This document shows positions 40,281-49,686 of a stretch of DNA of 64,000 nt, in pieces. The stretch's first letter is position 1; each line of letters starts with the position of its first letter. The translations under genes were made by a program, and so were the position numbers. The DNA lies in NCBI GenBank assembly GCA_963716475.1, contig OY970314.1, positions 918,508-982,507 on the forward strand, in the 5' to 3' direction. Under the pieces are notes generated by a model. It had not been told where the DNA came from. It saw only the letters and a list, made by a program, of their open reading frames with translations, and did no database searches. The stretch is from Candidatus Woesebacteria bacterium (lineage in GTDB: Bacteria; Patescibacteriota; Microgenomatia; UBA8517).

Positions 40281-41342
40281 ATGAAGGATAAGAATAAAGG
40301 AATAAGGCTAAGTAGCAGTGAAAAGATTGCTTTAATCAGCAATTTAAGCACAATGCTTACGGCAGGGATTCCAATTCTGGACGCCGTAAGTAATCTTTTG
40401 GAGGATGCCAAGGGAAATCAGAAAAAGATACTGGATACTCTCAGCGACGATCTGACACAGGGGCACCAGGTAAATTACACCCTGGCACGGTTTCCCAATG
40501 TATTTGATAAAGTCACGGTAAATGTCGTCCGGGCCTCAGAAACTGCAGGGACACTGGATGTTATCTTGAAGGATCTAAGAGAGAATTTAAGAAAACAAAA
40601 TGAATTTAGTGACAAGATAAAATCTGCGCTTCTTTATCCGATATTTATCATTTCGGTTTTCATTTTGGTGCTTCTCATTAATTTAATCTTTGTTATACCA
40701 AAAGTCGCCCAGGTATTTAAGAGTCTTAGAGTTCCGCTTCCACTACCCACAAAGATACTGATATTTGCTTCCGATCTGATGGTTAAAAATACTATTCCTT
40801 TCCTTTTTGGCGTAGGAGCAATAGTTCTGGTTCTAATTTATTTATTTACCCAAAAGAGGTCGATGATTTTAAATGTGTTTTATTCTCTTCCTGTGGTTTC
40901 AGACACAATCAAACTAATTGACGTGACTCAGTTTTCCAGAAGCCTCTATCTTCTTATTAACTCCGGAATCTCGATAGTTTCAGCCTTGGAATTAACGGAG
41001 GATATAGCCATGCGCCGCCAAACAAAGCAGGTCATAGAGACCTCCAAAAATATGATATTGGGAGGAAAAACTTTTTCGGAAGGCCTCCGAACAGGGAAGG
41101 GCTATTTCCCGATACTTATGATAAAACTTGTGGAAACCGGAGAGAAAACCGGGACTCTCGATAAGTCTCTCAATGATATTGCCGAATATTTTGACTACGA
41201 AGTGACGAATAAATTAAAGACTCTGACTGCTCTTTTGGAACCGATCATGCTTGTTGTAGTCGGGATATGTGTAGGGGGGATGATGATTGCAATAATTGCA
41301 CCAATATATTCCCTGATTAGCCAAGTGGGAACTGTTCACTAA
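40281..41342 (+). CDS. pilC: PilC/GspF platform protein
   Basis: Duplicated T2SSF domains (E.AGTL, GEKTGTL, LLEP). Confidence 0.9.
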   Translation: MKDKNKGIRLSSSEKIALISNLSTMLTAGIPILDAVSNLLEDAKGNQKKILDTLSDDLTQGHQVNYTLARFPNVFDKVTVNVVRASETAGTLDVILKDLRENLRKQNEFSDKIKSALLYPIFIISVFILVLLINLIFVIPKVAQVFKSLRVPLPLPTKILIFASDLMVKNTIPFLFGVGAIVLVLIYLFTQKRSMILNVFYSLPVVSDTIKLIDVTQFSRSLYLLINSGISIVSALELTEDIAMRRQTKQVIETSKNMILGGKTFSEGLRTGKGYFPILMIKLVETGEKTGTLDKSLNDIAEYFDYEVTNKLKTLTALLEPIMLVVVGICVGGMMIAIIAPIYSLISQVGTVH

Positions 41343-41806
41343 TGAAAAAAGGCTTCACTATTATTGAGCTACTTGTGTCCATCGGAATTCTAACGATTCT
41401 TTTTGCGCTTACTACTATTAATATAACCAGACTTCCTTCAAGCGCCTCCCAGAGCTCAAGCTATGACAGACTTATATCGGACCTGAGGGGTCAGCAAACC
41501 AAAGCCATGGCCGGATTTAATCCTGCCACAGGAGCCACGACAGGAAGTGCTTTCGGGGTATATTTTGATGCAACTACCAATAGCTACACTCTTTTTACCG
41601 GATCAAATTACTCTGCGGGTGATGCGAACAATTTCAAAGTTGATTTGGATCCAAACCTGACGTTTACAAATATAACATTTCCAAGTTCGCAGGTTGTTTT
41701 TGCGGCAGGTTCCGGAGACACGGTTAGCGGCGGCGCGTCGATAACAAATACACTTACCGGGGATGTCAAAATCCTAAAACTAAATATATATGGAGCGACA
41801 GAATAA
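41342..41806 (+). CDS. Minor pilin/pseudopilin
   Basis: KKG|FTIIELL class III signal peptide. Confidence 0.88.
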   Translation: MKKGFTIIELLVSIGILTILFALTTINITRLPSSASQSSSYDRLISDLRGQQTKAMAGFNPATGATTGSAFGVYFDATTNSYTLFTGSNYSAGDANNFKVDLDPNLTFTNITFPSSQVVFAAGSGDTVSGGASITNTLTGDVKILKLNIYGATE

Positions 41807-43613
41807 CAAAGGACAGGTAATAGTAGAGCTCTTGGTTGCGTTTGGGCTGGCCGGGGTTCTTCTTCCGGCGCTTCTCACAGGTCTTATTGCTTCCCAAAAC
41901 GGGAAAGTGCAGCAGGAGCAAAGAATTGTGGCTGTAGGACTTCTAAGGGAAGGGGAGGAGGCGGTAAGAAGCGTCAGAGAAGCAGACTGGGCGTATATTG
42001 CCGCCTTAGACAGTACCAAAACTTATCACCCCGTTGCCGGTGCAACAAGTTGGAGCCTGCAGCTTAATTCCGAAACAATCGGGGACTTTACAAGATCAAT
42101 TAAAGTCAGCGATGTTAGCCCGACAGACCCTTCTTTAAGAAAGATTACCGTAACCGTTCACTGGAGCAGTATTTTACCGACTGATGCTACCTCTACATTT
42201 TTTCTGTCACGCTGGAAAAATTTAACAAGCGATCTTATAGCTTCGGGGACTTTAATTAATCAGGGTAATGGAGACTGGTGTACGCCCTCTCTAACACTTG
42301 GGAGCGTGGATTTGGGTAATGCAACAGCTAAATCAATTAGTGCTATTCAAGGCCGTATTGCAACAGGCACAGGAGGCGCTGCGGCTGGCTATACTTTTGC
42401 TAATGTCGACCTTACCGATCCTCCTGCACCGGCTACACCTTCAGGTACAACCACAGTTTACAATGGTCCAGATAAGACAAACGATGTATTTACTCTGCAA
42501 AATTATGCATTTATTGCGACAGATAGTCATACAAAAGATATTGATATTATAAATTTGGGTAGCACATCCGGAGGACAATATGTAGAAGCCGGCTTTTTTA
42601 ATTCCCCAAATAACGGAAGTGCTAATGCAGGTACTGTTGTTGCCAACCCGACTGTTGGTTATATGACAATCGGAAACATGCTTTATGACTTCTCGTTATC
42701 CGGTTTGCCGAACGCTTTGGTATCTCGAACTGCGGTTCATCCGGCCGGTTTACAGCTTCCGGCGCCTGCAACCAAAATGGTTATTTTAGGTAACAGACTT
42801 TATATTTCGACATCCGGCACGACTTATCAATTAGTTGTAGTAGATGCTACTACTTTAACTTTTATTTCAAAACCAACATTAACCCCAGGCAAGATCCATG
42901 TCAACGGTCTGGGAGGCAAGTCTGTTTATGTTGATCCGCTTACAGGAACGCGCGCTTATTTGGCGACAGCAAACTCAGCAACCCTTAAAGAGATGTTTAT
43001 TATTAACACTGATGAAACATCAGCGGGTTATGGACAAACTGTGGGGTCATATGATACGGGTGCGATGAACCCAACAGGTATAGTTCTTGTGAATTTGCCA
43101 ATTGTTGTTATTGTCGGAACAGGGGGAGAACAGTATCAGGTAGTTAGGGTAGACAATGAGGCCAGCCCGGTAAGATGCAACCCCAGTGGATTAAATACAG
43201 GAGATCTTAACGGTATCGCAACAGTGTTTACAGCTGCCCAGCGTGCCTATTCGTATATTATTACGGATGCCAATAACAACCAGGTTAAGATAATTGAGGG
43301 AGGACCCGGAGGAAGCGGAACCGGGGGAGGGGTAACCGTTGAATCCCCAATACTTGATGCGGGCCACACATCGACATTTAACAGAATTTCGATAACTAGC
43401 CTCACCCCTGAAGGAATAACCGCGATTTATCAGGTGGCCGTATCAACCGATTGCTTAACTTTTAACTATACGGGAAGCTACACTTCCGCGGGTGGACCAA
43501 TACCTTTAAGTATTAATCCGGGAAGGTGTTTCAGATATAAAGTAACTTTTAGCGGAGGGTCGGGTGTCGGAACAGTAGCATCGACGACGGTTAAGGTAAA
43601 TTATTCCCCGTAG
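41790..43613 (+). CDS. Large pilin-like protein with beta-rich C-terminal domain (putative tip adhesin)
   Basis: KG|QVIVELL start; Gly/Thr/Ser-rich repeated beta strands. Confidence 0.7.
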   Translation: MERQNNKGQVIVELLVAFGLAGVLLPALLTGLIASQNGKVQQEQRIVAVGLLREGEEAVRSVREADWAYIAALDSTKTYHPVAGATSWSLQLNSETIGDFTRSIKVSDVSPTDPSLRKITVTVHWSSILPTDATSTFFLSRWKNLTSDLIASGTLINQGNGDWCTPSLTLGSVDLGNATAKSISAIQGRIATGTGGAAAGYTFANVDLTDPPAPATPSGTTTVYNGPDKTNDVFTLQNYAFIATDSHTKDIDIINLGSTSGGQYVEAGFFNSPNNGSANAGTVVANPTVGYMTIGNMLYDFSLSGLPNALVSRTAVHPAGLQLPAPATKMVILGNRLYISTSGTTYQLVVVDATTLTFISKPTLTPGKIHVNGLGGKSVYVDPLTGTRAYLATANSATLKEMFIINTDETSAGYGQTVGSYDTGAMNPTGIVLVNLPIVVIVGTGGEQYQVVRVDNEASPVRCNPSGLNTGDLNGIATVFTAAQRAYSYIITDANNNQVKIIEGGPGGSGTGGGVTVESPILDAGHTSTFNRISITSLTPEGITAIYQVAVSTDCLTFNYTGSYTSAGGPIPLSINPGRCFRYKVTFSGGSGVGTVASTTVKVNYSP

Positions 43614-43634
43614 AACGGGGCAAGCACCATTGTT

Positions 43635-44084
43635 ATGAATACTAACAAATATAAACGACAAAAAGGAGTCACAATTGTTGAACTCATTGTTTATATCGGC
43701 CTTCTTTCAATTTTTATGCTTGTCCTTGTCGATGTTTTTGTGACAATTCTTAACGCCAAACTTGAGAGTGAAAGCACATCAACCTTAAACCAGGACGCGC
43801 GCTATGTTTATTCAAAAATGGCTTATGATGTTGCGAATGCAAGTTCATTTACTGTTCCAAATCCGACCACGCTTGTAATAGGGCCAAAAACTTATACTTT
43901 AAGTGGCGGCGACCTAACGCTTAATTCTATAAAACTCAACGGTCTCGATACAAAAATTGACAGTATTAATTTCACCAAGATTGGGAATACGGTAAAAACA
44001 ACTTTTACAATTGAATCTCTGGTTAAATTACAGTCTGGGGTTCAAACCAGAACTGTCGATACGACTTTCGGACTAAGACCATGA
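43635..44084 (+). CDS. Minor pilin
   Basis: KG|VTIVELI. Confidence 0.85.
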   Translation: MNTNKYKRQKGVTIVELIVYIGLLSIFMLVLVDVFVTILNAKLESESTSTLNQDARYVYSKMAYDVANASSFTVPNPTTLVIGPKTYTLSGGDLTLNSIKLNGLDTKIDSINFTKIGNTVKTTFTIESLVKLQSGVQTRTVDTTFGLRP

Positions 44085-44494
44085 AAAATAAAAATCTTTC
44101 AGCGAGCTCAGGACAGGCCCTTATAATGCTGCTATTTTTTGTCATGATCGGAATTACGATTACGACCACCGCAATTATTATCATCGCGGGCAATTCTTTG
44201 GCGGCAAACGATGTTCAGCAGGAGGAAATAACACGTGAGATGGCGGAAACAGGGGCAGAAAAGGGGATTCTTCAGGTTTTGAGGAACGGGAACACATATT
44301 CCGGTGAAACCCTGACAAATGCAAATATTTCCAATTGGGAAAGCGGATGGAATGTTGTAATTACGGTAAGTGGAACCACCACACTGACCATCGATTCGAA
44401 AGCTACAGCCGGTAACTATGTTAAAAAAGTTGAAGTTACTGCCGGATATGTTGATAATGAATTAACGTTAAATACATGGAAGGAGATAAATTAA
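44081..44494 (+). CDS. PilX-like minor pilin
   Basis: SG|QALIMLL, AETGAE and terminal WKE. Confidence 0.75.
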   Translation: MKNKNLSASSGQALIMLLFFVMIGITITTTAIIIIAGNSLAANDVQQEEITREMAETGAEKGILQVLRNGNTYSGETLTNANISNWESGWNVVITVSGTTTLTIDSKATAGNYVKKVEVTAGYVDNELTLNTWKEIN

Positions 44495-45157
44495 ATGGCT
44501 GATGGAGGACGGGAGGCGTTAATATTTTTAGATAAGAACCGTGTTTTTGTCTATGACGGCAATGGGATTTTAAGGCTTGATATTCCGGAAACCGTAATCA
44601 GGGACGTTGATATTATTGATAAAAGCGGATTTGACAGCTTGGTTGACAGCTTTATAAAGACCAGAAAACTGGCTCCGAGTCAGGTTTGGCTGGTTTTGGC
44701 AGACGGAATATGTTTTAGTAAAGATATCGTCGAAACCGATCCTTTGAAAATTGAGGGTGACGTTAAAGATTTTCTTGAGGCTGTTCCTTTTGATAAGGTT
44801 ATATCAAAAAGATACAGATCAGGAACGGGGATCAGGGTAATAGCTACTAATTTGGAATATATTGAAGCTCTGGTAGAGATTTTTGATAAAGACGGGTTTG
44901 TGACGGAGGGGATCGTGCCGGGCGCGATGTTTCCGGGATTTGCCACCAGAAAAGTCCTAGACGCAGATTTTGCCAGGTATATTCTTGGAAACAAAAGCCT
45001 GATGAGGACTGGCAACATGCTTACAAAAATTGCCTTACCGGTTAGTACTCCCGAAGCCCCGGAGGCTCATAAAAAGAGCAAGCTTTTGCCATACCTTATT
45101 GGCGGATTTACAATACTTCTTATTATTCTGGTTGTGGTGATCATGAGGGGAAAGTAA
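44495..45157 (+). CDS. Hypothetical pilus-associated protein with C-terminal TM helix (PilM/GspL-like position)
   Basis: Operon context. Confidence 0.55.
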   Translation: MADGGREALIFLDKNRVFVYDGNGILRLDIPETVIRDVDIIDKSGFDSLVDSFIKTRKLAPSQVWLVLADGICFSKDIVETDPLKIEGDVKDFLEAVPFDKVISKRYRSGTGIRVIATNLEYIEALVEIFDKDGFVTEGIVPGAMFPGFATRKVLDADFARYILGNKSLMRTGNMLTKIALPVSTPEAPEAHKKSKLLPYLIGGFTILLIILVVVIMRGK

Positions 45158-45178
45158 AGTTGATCCGGAAAATACCAC

Positions 45179-45207
45179 TTGACATGATATTTGTAATGCT
45201 CTAACTT
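45179..45207 (+). promoter_or_regulatory. Promoter of the major pilin gene
   Basis: TTGACA-17bp-TAACTT, with the ATG 6 nt downstream. Confidence 0.6.
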
Positions 45208-45213
45208 AGATTA

Positions 45214-45684
45214 ATGCCTAAGAAATACTCCGGTTTTACATTAATAGAACTTCTGGTAGTTATCGGAATCTTGGGTATTCTTCTTGCGATTGTCCTTATT
45301 GCCATTAACCCGGCCAGGCAGTTTGCCCAAGCGAATAACACGGCCAGGAGAAGTGATGTTACAACCCTTCTTAACGCGATTCATCAATATGCCGCTGATA
45401 ATAAAGGTAATTTGCCGACCCACATGCCGAAAGCGGCAGACGGCGTAGTAGCGATCGCGACCGGTGGCACAGCGAGCGTTGGCGACATTTGTAAGGACAT
45501 TTCTCCCACCTATGTTTCTGCGCTACCCACTGATCCGTCGTTGAATACTTCGGCCGTTACTGATTGTACTACTTATGCGACCGGGTATAGTGTGGCAGTA
45601 GATTCGGCCGGAAGAGTGACTGTATCTGCTCCGTCTGCCGAAAAGATTGGAGACACAACTCCGGTAATCTCGGTAACAAGGTAA
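45214..45684 (+). CDS. Type IV major pilin
   Basis: SG|FTLIELLVVI and LPTDP; two Cys; own promoter and terminator. Confidence 0.88.
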   Translation: MPKKYSGFTLIELLVVIGILGILLAIVLIAINPARQFAQANNTARRSDVTTLLNAIHQYAADNKGNLPTHMPKAADGVVAIATGGTASVGDICKDISPTYVSALPTDPSLNTSAVTDCTTYATGYSVAVDSAGRVTVSAPSAEKIGDTTPVISVTR

Positions 45685-45698
45685 TAAAGTATTGAGGC

Positions 45699-45722
45699 AA
45701 GCCGCCGAGAGGCGGTTTTTTT
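45699..45722 (+). terminator. Intrinsic terminator
   Basis: GCCGCC-GAGA-GGCGGT followed by a T-run. Confidence 0.8.
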
Positions 45723-45759
45723 ATGGTCTAAAAAAGGTTTTCCGTCGGCCTATTTATAC

Positions 45760-46056
45760 CACCACTTGGACAAGCAAGAAATAGACATATTACCTTTGCT
45801 TACCTAAGAAACCATTTCAATACTTCTTTGCTTCTCCAAAGAAGTATTGGGAAGAAAGGAGCCCCCGATTGTCCTTACCAATAATTTCTTAACGTGATTT
45901 GTTGAGGAATGATTACCTTCCGGAATTCACCTTCGACTCCGCTCAGATTCAGTTCCGGCTTTCCTTCCAACAAATCACTAAAGTTATTAGGAGCGGACAA
46001 AAGGGGCTTGTGGGAATAAAAACGTAACCAACTTCGTTGTCAAATTCTTTAAGGCG
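45760..46056 (+). repeat. Dispersed structured element, copy F (family 2, with family-1 remnants)
   Basis: Core 45815-46006 homologous to 63306-63485; ends with the family-1 tail TCAAATTCTTTAAGGCG. Confidence 0.85.
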
Positions 46057-46098
46057 TTTGAGGCGAATACTAAAGATTTCCAAGGTCTTGGTGTTTTA

Positions 46099-46665
46099 CT
46101 ACAGAGCCTTTCTCCGGGGACGGTAGGGCTTAAAGATTAAAGACTCAATTGCTTTATAAGCAATGATTGCAGCCGACCCCCAAACGTTAAATGACTTATT
46201 TACGCCAAACATCGGAAGTTCAACGATTGTGTCGGCAATATCCAGAACCTCTTTACTTATCCCATCGGTTTCATTGCCGATAACAATTGCCATGGGGAAT
46301 CTTGCATGCATACCAAGGAGAGAAAAGGGGATAGACCGCGGATCTTGTTCAACACAAACGATTTGAACCCCTTCTGATTTTAGCTTTTTAACTATCGAGA
46401 CGGTCAAATCTACCTTTTCCCAGGGAACCCACTCCTCGGTGCCTACTGCGGCCTTGTGGATACGGCTACCTGGGGGATACTCCGTATCGCCGCAGATATA
46501 CAGCTTTTCGGCGGCAATAGCATCCGCAAGTCTAAATAGGGAACCGATATTATACGTATCGATAACACAATCCAAAACCAGGTAGATCGGATTTCTTTTG
46601 ATTGTGCCGAAAGACTCAGGGGTAGGACGGGTATGCCTTAAGTCTTTAGCTCCTAGTTTAACCAT
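46099..46665 (-). CDS. TrmH/SpoU-family RNA 2'-O-methyltransferase
   Basis: NIGSLFR, GNETDG and LPMFG..SFNV. Confidence 0.9.
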   Translation of the reverse strand: MVKLGAKDLRHTRPTPESFGTIKRNPIYLVLDCVIDTYNIGSLFRLADAIAAEKLYICGDTEYPPGSRIHKAAVGTEEWVPWEKVDLTVSIVKKLKSEGVQIVCVEQDPRSIPFSLLGMHARFPMAIVIGNETDGISKEVLDIADTIVELPMFGVNKSFNVWGSAAIIAYKAIESLIFKPYRPRRKAL

Positions 46666-46734
46666 ACTGCAATTATATCTGATTTTCTGAAATTTTGACT
46701 TTGGGGGGGTTTGAAGCTATTCTTTGAGGTACCA

Positions 46735-48300
46735 ATGGGAAATCTTAATCAAAACGGATCCGATTTCGTGCGTGGGGTAAATTTTGCCCTCGAAAAGACC
46801 GACAGCAGCGAGGAAACGATAAAAACCTCGACCGCAGCCTCGACTTTGGCTGTTGTTTATGAGGCTGCGAGGAATGCGGTTGAATTTAGATCTGATCACT
46901 TGATCCGGCAGGCTGCAATTGTCAGGATCTTGCGGAGGCGGCTTTTTTTGGGGCAAAAGAGCGAAAGGCTTGCTCCGCTTCTAATCCGGGAACTTATTTG
47001 GGCAAGGTATTTGAAGGATGACTTTGTAGGAGTCAGCAAAATAGACGACATTGAGGAAGTCATAAATAAGTACAAAATGGCTTTTTCGCTGACCAGTGAT
47101 AAATTACTGAGCGAGTGGCTGCTGGAACTGGCCGGATGCGAGATAGAAGAAAGTTTGGTTTTCAACCCCTATCCGCAGCTTCTTATTAATTTCGTTTCGG
47201 GGAGCATGCAATCCAGAATAAAAATTTTCGGTGAAGAGGACGATAGGGTCAGGGATATTCAGGTTTATATTGCAACCGAGCGGGTATTTGCCAAAAACAG
47301 TGAGATTTTTATTACATACCACCTTCTAAAAGCGATGCTTCCCGACTGGTTTGGCAAAAAGGCAGATGAAGCTGCCAGGATTTTTCCGGTTCTTTTATCC
47401 ACGAAAAGAGAAATAGACCACGATTTACAGTACCCTCTTGGACCTGATGTAAAAAGGGAGATAACCAAATATACCGCTCCCTTTAATGTAATCCGCGAAA
47501 TGGTTATAAGAAGCCCCGAAAACTTTGAAGAAAGTGTGGCCGATAGGGAAGCGTTCAATGAGCTTGCGGAAGAAACTTTGGAGGAGCTTTACAAAGAGAA
47601 TAGGGGACGTCTTATGAGAGCTTCAACCAGAAGTATAATTTATATTTTCTTAACAAAAATGGTTTTCGGGCTGGCACTTGAGTTGCCTTTTGACATATTT
47701 GTCGGAACGACTAATTACGTCGCTCTTGTTATCAATCTGATTTTTCCTCCTTCTTTAATGTTTTTACTGAACGCAGGAATAAGAGTCCCGGGCAGAGAAA
47801 ATACCAGGAGAATTTTGGAAAAAGTTGACGAGTATCTTTATGATGAGAGTGTACCAAGAGTTTTCGAGGTGGGGAAAAGGCAGAGGGCGAAAAGTGTATT
47901 CGAGAGGATTTTCCTCGGGATTTACAGCATTCTTTTTGTGGGAGTCTTTGTATTTATTGTCTGGGGACTGAACCTTTTGCATTTTAACCCTGTCAGCCAG
48001 GCTATTTTCCTCTTCTTCCTTTGTGTAGTTTCTTTTTTTGCGTTCAGGGTAAAAAGCATTTCCCGGGATTATGTCTATCAGGAGGAAAGAATCGGTTTTT
48101 TTGCATCTCTCGTTGATTTTCTGTTTTTACCGGTAGTCAGAGTCGGGCAGTGGCTTTCGGTTCAAATTTCAAAATTGAACGTACTTGGCTTTATATTTGA
48201 TTTTATAATTGAGGCACCTCTTAAAGCCTTCCTGGAGGTAATAGAGGAATGGGTACGGTTTGTGAGAAGTAAGAAAGAGGAGATCTTCACACAGAGTTAA
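46735..48300 (+). CDS. Large hypothetical membrane protein
   Basis: Long ORF with a soluble N-terminus and C-terminal TM helices. Confidence 0.75.
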   Translation: MGNLNQNGSDFVRGVNFALEKTDSSEETIKTSTAASTLAVVYEAARNAVEFRSDHLIRQAAIVRILRRRLFLGQKSERLAPLLIRELIWARYLKDDFVGVSKIDDIEEVINKYKMAFSLTSDKLLSEWLLELAGCEIEESLVFNPYPQLLINFVSGSMQSRIKIFGEEDDRVRDIQVYIATERVFAKNSEIFITYHLLKAMLPDWFGKKADEAARIFPVLLSTKREIDHDLQYPLGPDVKREITKYTAPFNVIREMVIRSPENFEESVADREAFNELAEETLEELYKENRGRLMRASTRSIIYIFLTKMVFGLALELPFDIFVGTTNYVALVINLIFPPSLMFLLNAGIRVPGRENTRRILEKVDEYLYDESVPRVFEVGKRQRAKSVFERIFLGIYSILFVGVFVFIVWGLNLLHFNPVSQAIFLFFLCVVSFFAFRVKSISRDYVYQEERIGFFASLVDFLFLPVVRVGQWLSVQISKLNVLGFIFDFIIEAPLKAFLEVIEEWVRFVRSKKEEIFTQS

Positions 48301-48306
48301 TATTAT

Positions 48307-48486
48307 TTATTTTTCCGATATTCCAACCTTTTGTCTAATTGCCGCCATAATCAGATCTGTTTCCTCCTCGGCAACTGCATGAAATTCAGCAGAATGATTT
48401 GGATTTTTCGCTAGTTCACTTGCGGCATGCAGAAAACGATGATAAAAAGACTCCTCTGCCGGTAAATTGGTTCTTTCTGTTGTCAT
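48307..48486 (-). CDS. Small hypothetical protein
   Basis: MTTERTN start immediately downstream of the tRNA-Glu 3' duplicate. Confidence 0.45.
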   Translation of the reverse strand: MTTERTNLPAEESFYHRFLHAASELAKNPNHSAEFHAVAEEETDLIMAAIRQKVGISEK

Positions 48487-48495
48487 TTTTCTATT

Positions 48496-48571
48496 GTGAC
48501 CCCATTGGGACTCGTGTGCAAAGGATACTACCCGAGCGCTTTGAGTCACAAGGGGGAACGAGCGAAGTGAA
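48496..48571 (-). repeat. Duplicated 19-bp tRNA-Glu 3' end with fold-back arm
   Basis: 48496-48514 is identical to 48572-48590. Confidence 0.85.
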
Positions 48572-48572
48572 G

Positions 48573-48645
48573 TGACCCCATTGGGACTCGAACCCAAGTT
48601 AGAAGGCTGAAAACCTCCTGTCCTAGACCGCTAGACGATGGGGCC
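48573..48645 (-). tRNA. tRNA-Glu(UUC)
   Basis: Acceptor GGCCCCA/TGGGGTC; loop TT-TTC-AG. Confidence 0.92.
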
Positions 48646-48656
48646 AAGAAAATGTG

Positions 48657-48728
48657 TGAGCCCGCTGGGACTCGAACCCAGAACCGCTTCCTTAAAAGGG
48701 AATTGCTCTACCATTGAGCTACGGGCCC
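48657..48728 (-). tRNA. tRNA-Lys(UUU)
   Basis: Acceptor GGGCCCG/CGGGCTC; loop CT-TTT-AA. Confidence 0.92.
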
Positions 48729-48744
48729 TTGAGCTGCTGCGAAA

Positions 48745-48794
48745 GGACCGTGGCTAAATGGCCAAGATTTTTCTTACCATTGAGCTACGGGCCC
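48745..48794 (-). repeat. Duplicated 20-bp tRNA-Lys 5' end folded into a hairpin
   Basis: 48775-48794 is identical to 48709-48728 and is followed by an imperfect antisense copy. Confidence 0.8.
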
Positions 48795-48870
48795 GCGTAA
48801 GCTCATATTTTACTCGTTTAGCTGTAATTCCTCAAGCTTATTTGGTAAAATACACGTGTTAGGTAAATAT

Positions 48871-48926
48871 TGGGGAGTCGTCCCTGCCCGCATTGCTACG
48901 CAAAGCGTTGCAGGCGGGTAATGGTT
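48871..48926 (+). pseudogene. tRNA-Gln-like 5' fragment interrupted by a 36-bp palindrome
   Basis: TGGGGAGTCGTC | CCTGCCC...GGCGGG | TAATGGT. Confidence 0.6.
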
Positions 48927-48934
48927 TTTTATAA

Positions 48935-48980
48935 TGGGGGATCGTCTAACGGTAAGGAAACCTTGGCCGTTAGCCTCCCA
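48935..48980 (+). repeat. Duplicated 20-bp tRNA-Gln 5' end folded into a hairpin
   Basis: 48935-48954 is identical to 48999-49018, then AGG-AAA-CCTT-G and an antisense copy. Confidence 0.8.
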
Positions 48981-48998
48981 ATTTGTAGTTTGATATTT

Positions 48999-49069
48999 TG
49001 GGGGATCGTCTAACGGTAGGACAGCAGCCTTTGGAGCTGTTTACTCAGGTTCGAATCCTGGTCCCCCAG
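48999..49069 (+). tRNA. tRNA-Gln(UUG)
   Basis: Acceptor TGGGGGA/TCCCCCA; loop CT-TTG-GA. Confidence 0.92.
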
Positions 49070-49090
49070 CTCGTATGACTCGCCGGGTTT

Positions 49091-49151
49091 CCAGTCTTCG
49101 AAGCACGAAATATTGAAGGGTATTATGTGCGGCGAATCCTGGTCCTCCAGC
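49091..49151 (+). repeat. Duplicated tRNA-Gln 3' end with fold-back arm
   Basis: 49133-49151 matches 49052-49070 with 1 mismatch. Confidence 0.8.
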
Positions 49152-49159
49152 TAAAATAA

Positions 49160-49615
49160 ATGAACAAAATTAAAGAAATCTTTGAATCGAAAATCGGCAA
49201 TATTATTTTTGTAGGAAGTGCATTAATTTTTAATTTAGCAGTAAGTGGCGTGTACATCACATCAAAAATTGGTAACCAAGCTTTTTTAAAGATTTTCGGC
49301 GCATTTGTCGTTTTTTTAATAATCCCGTTTACCATTTCCCTGATAAGATATATAAAGGCAAAGGCGAAAAAAAAGATAATTATCTCACATATTATTATCC
49401 TTCTTTATCTCCTTCTGGAAGTGTTATTAGACTATGTTTTAAAAATTCCATTCAGAGAAATATTAGTAATTCATGTGCCTTATATTATTGTCTTTTACGC
49501 TGCTACATTTAGTATGATTGGTGTCTCCCGCACCATTAGTAAAAAGGCGGGGATGTTGGTTATATCGACATTTTTAGTATTGATAGGCTGCCTGATTTAT
49601 AACCTTCTCGGTTAA
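49160..49615 (+). CDS. Hypothetical membrane protein (cassette)
   Basis: AT-rich, about 5 TM helices, lies between tRNA 3' duplicates. Confidence 0.7.
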   Translation: MNKIKEIFESKIGNIIFVGSALIFNLAVSGVYITSKIGNQAFLKIFGAFVVFLIIPFTISLIRYIKAKAKKKIIISHIIILLYLLLEVLLDYVLKIPFREILVIHVPYIIVFYAATFSMIGVSRTISKKAGMLVISTFLVLIGCLIYNLLG

Positions 49616-49686
49616 ATTACGAACACAAAAGTCATGTAAGGCATTGGTTATAAAATAGGTCCGAAGTCTGTCCACGGTTCGCAGCC

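Noticed and set aside
48307-48597. 96-aa ORF as given in the track (also 5110-5322, 6584-6820, 7014-7214)
   Set aside because: These overlap tRNA genes. Only the part from 48486 is a plausible CDS.
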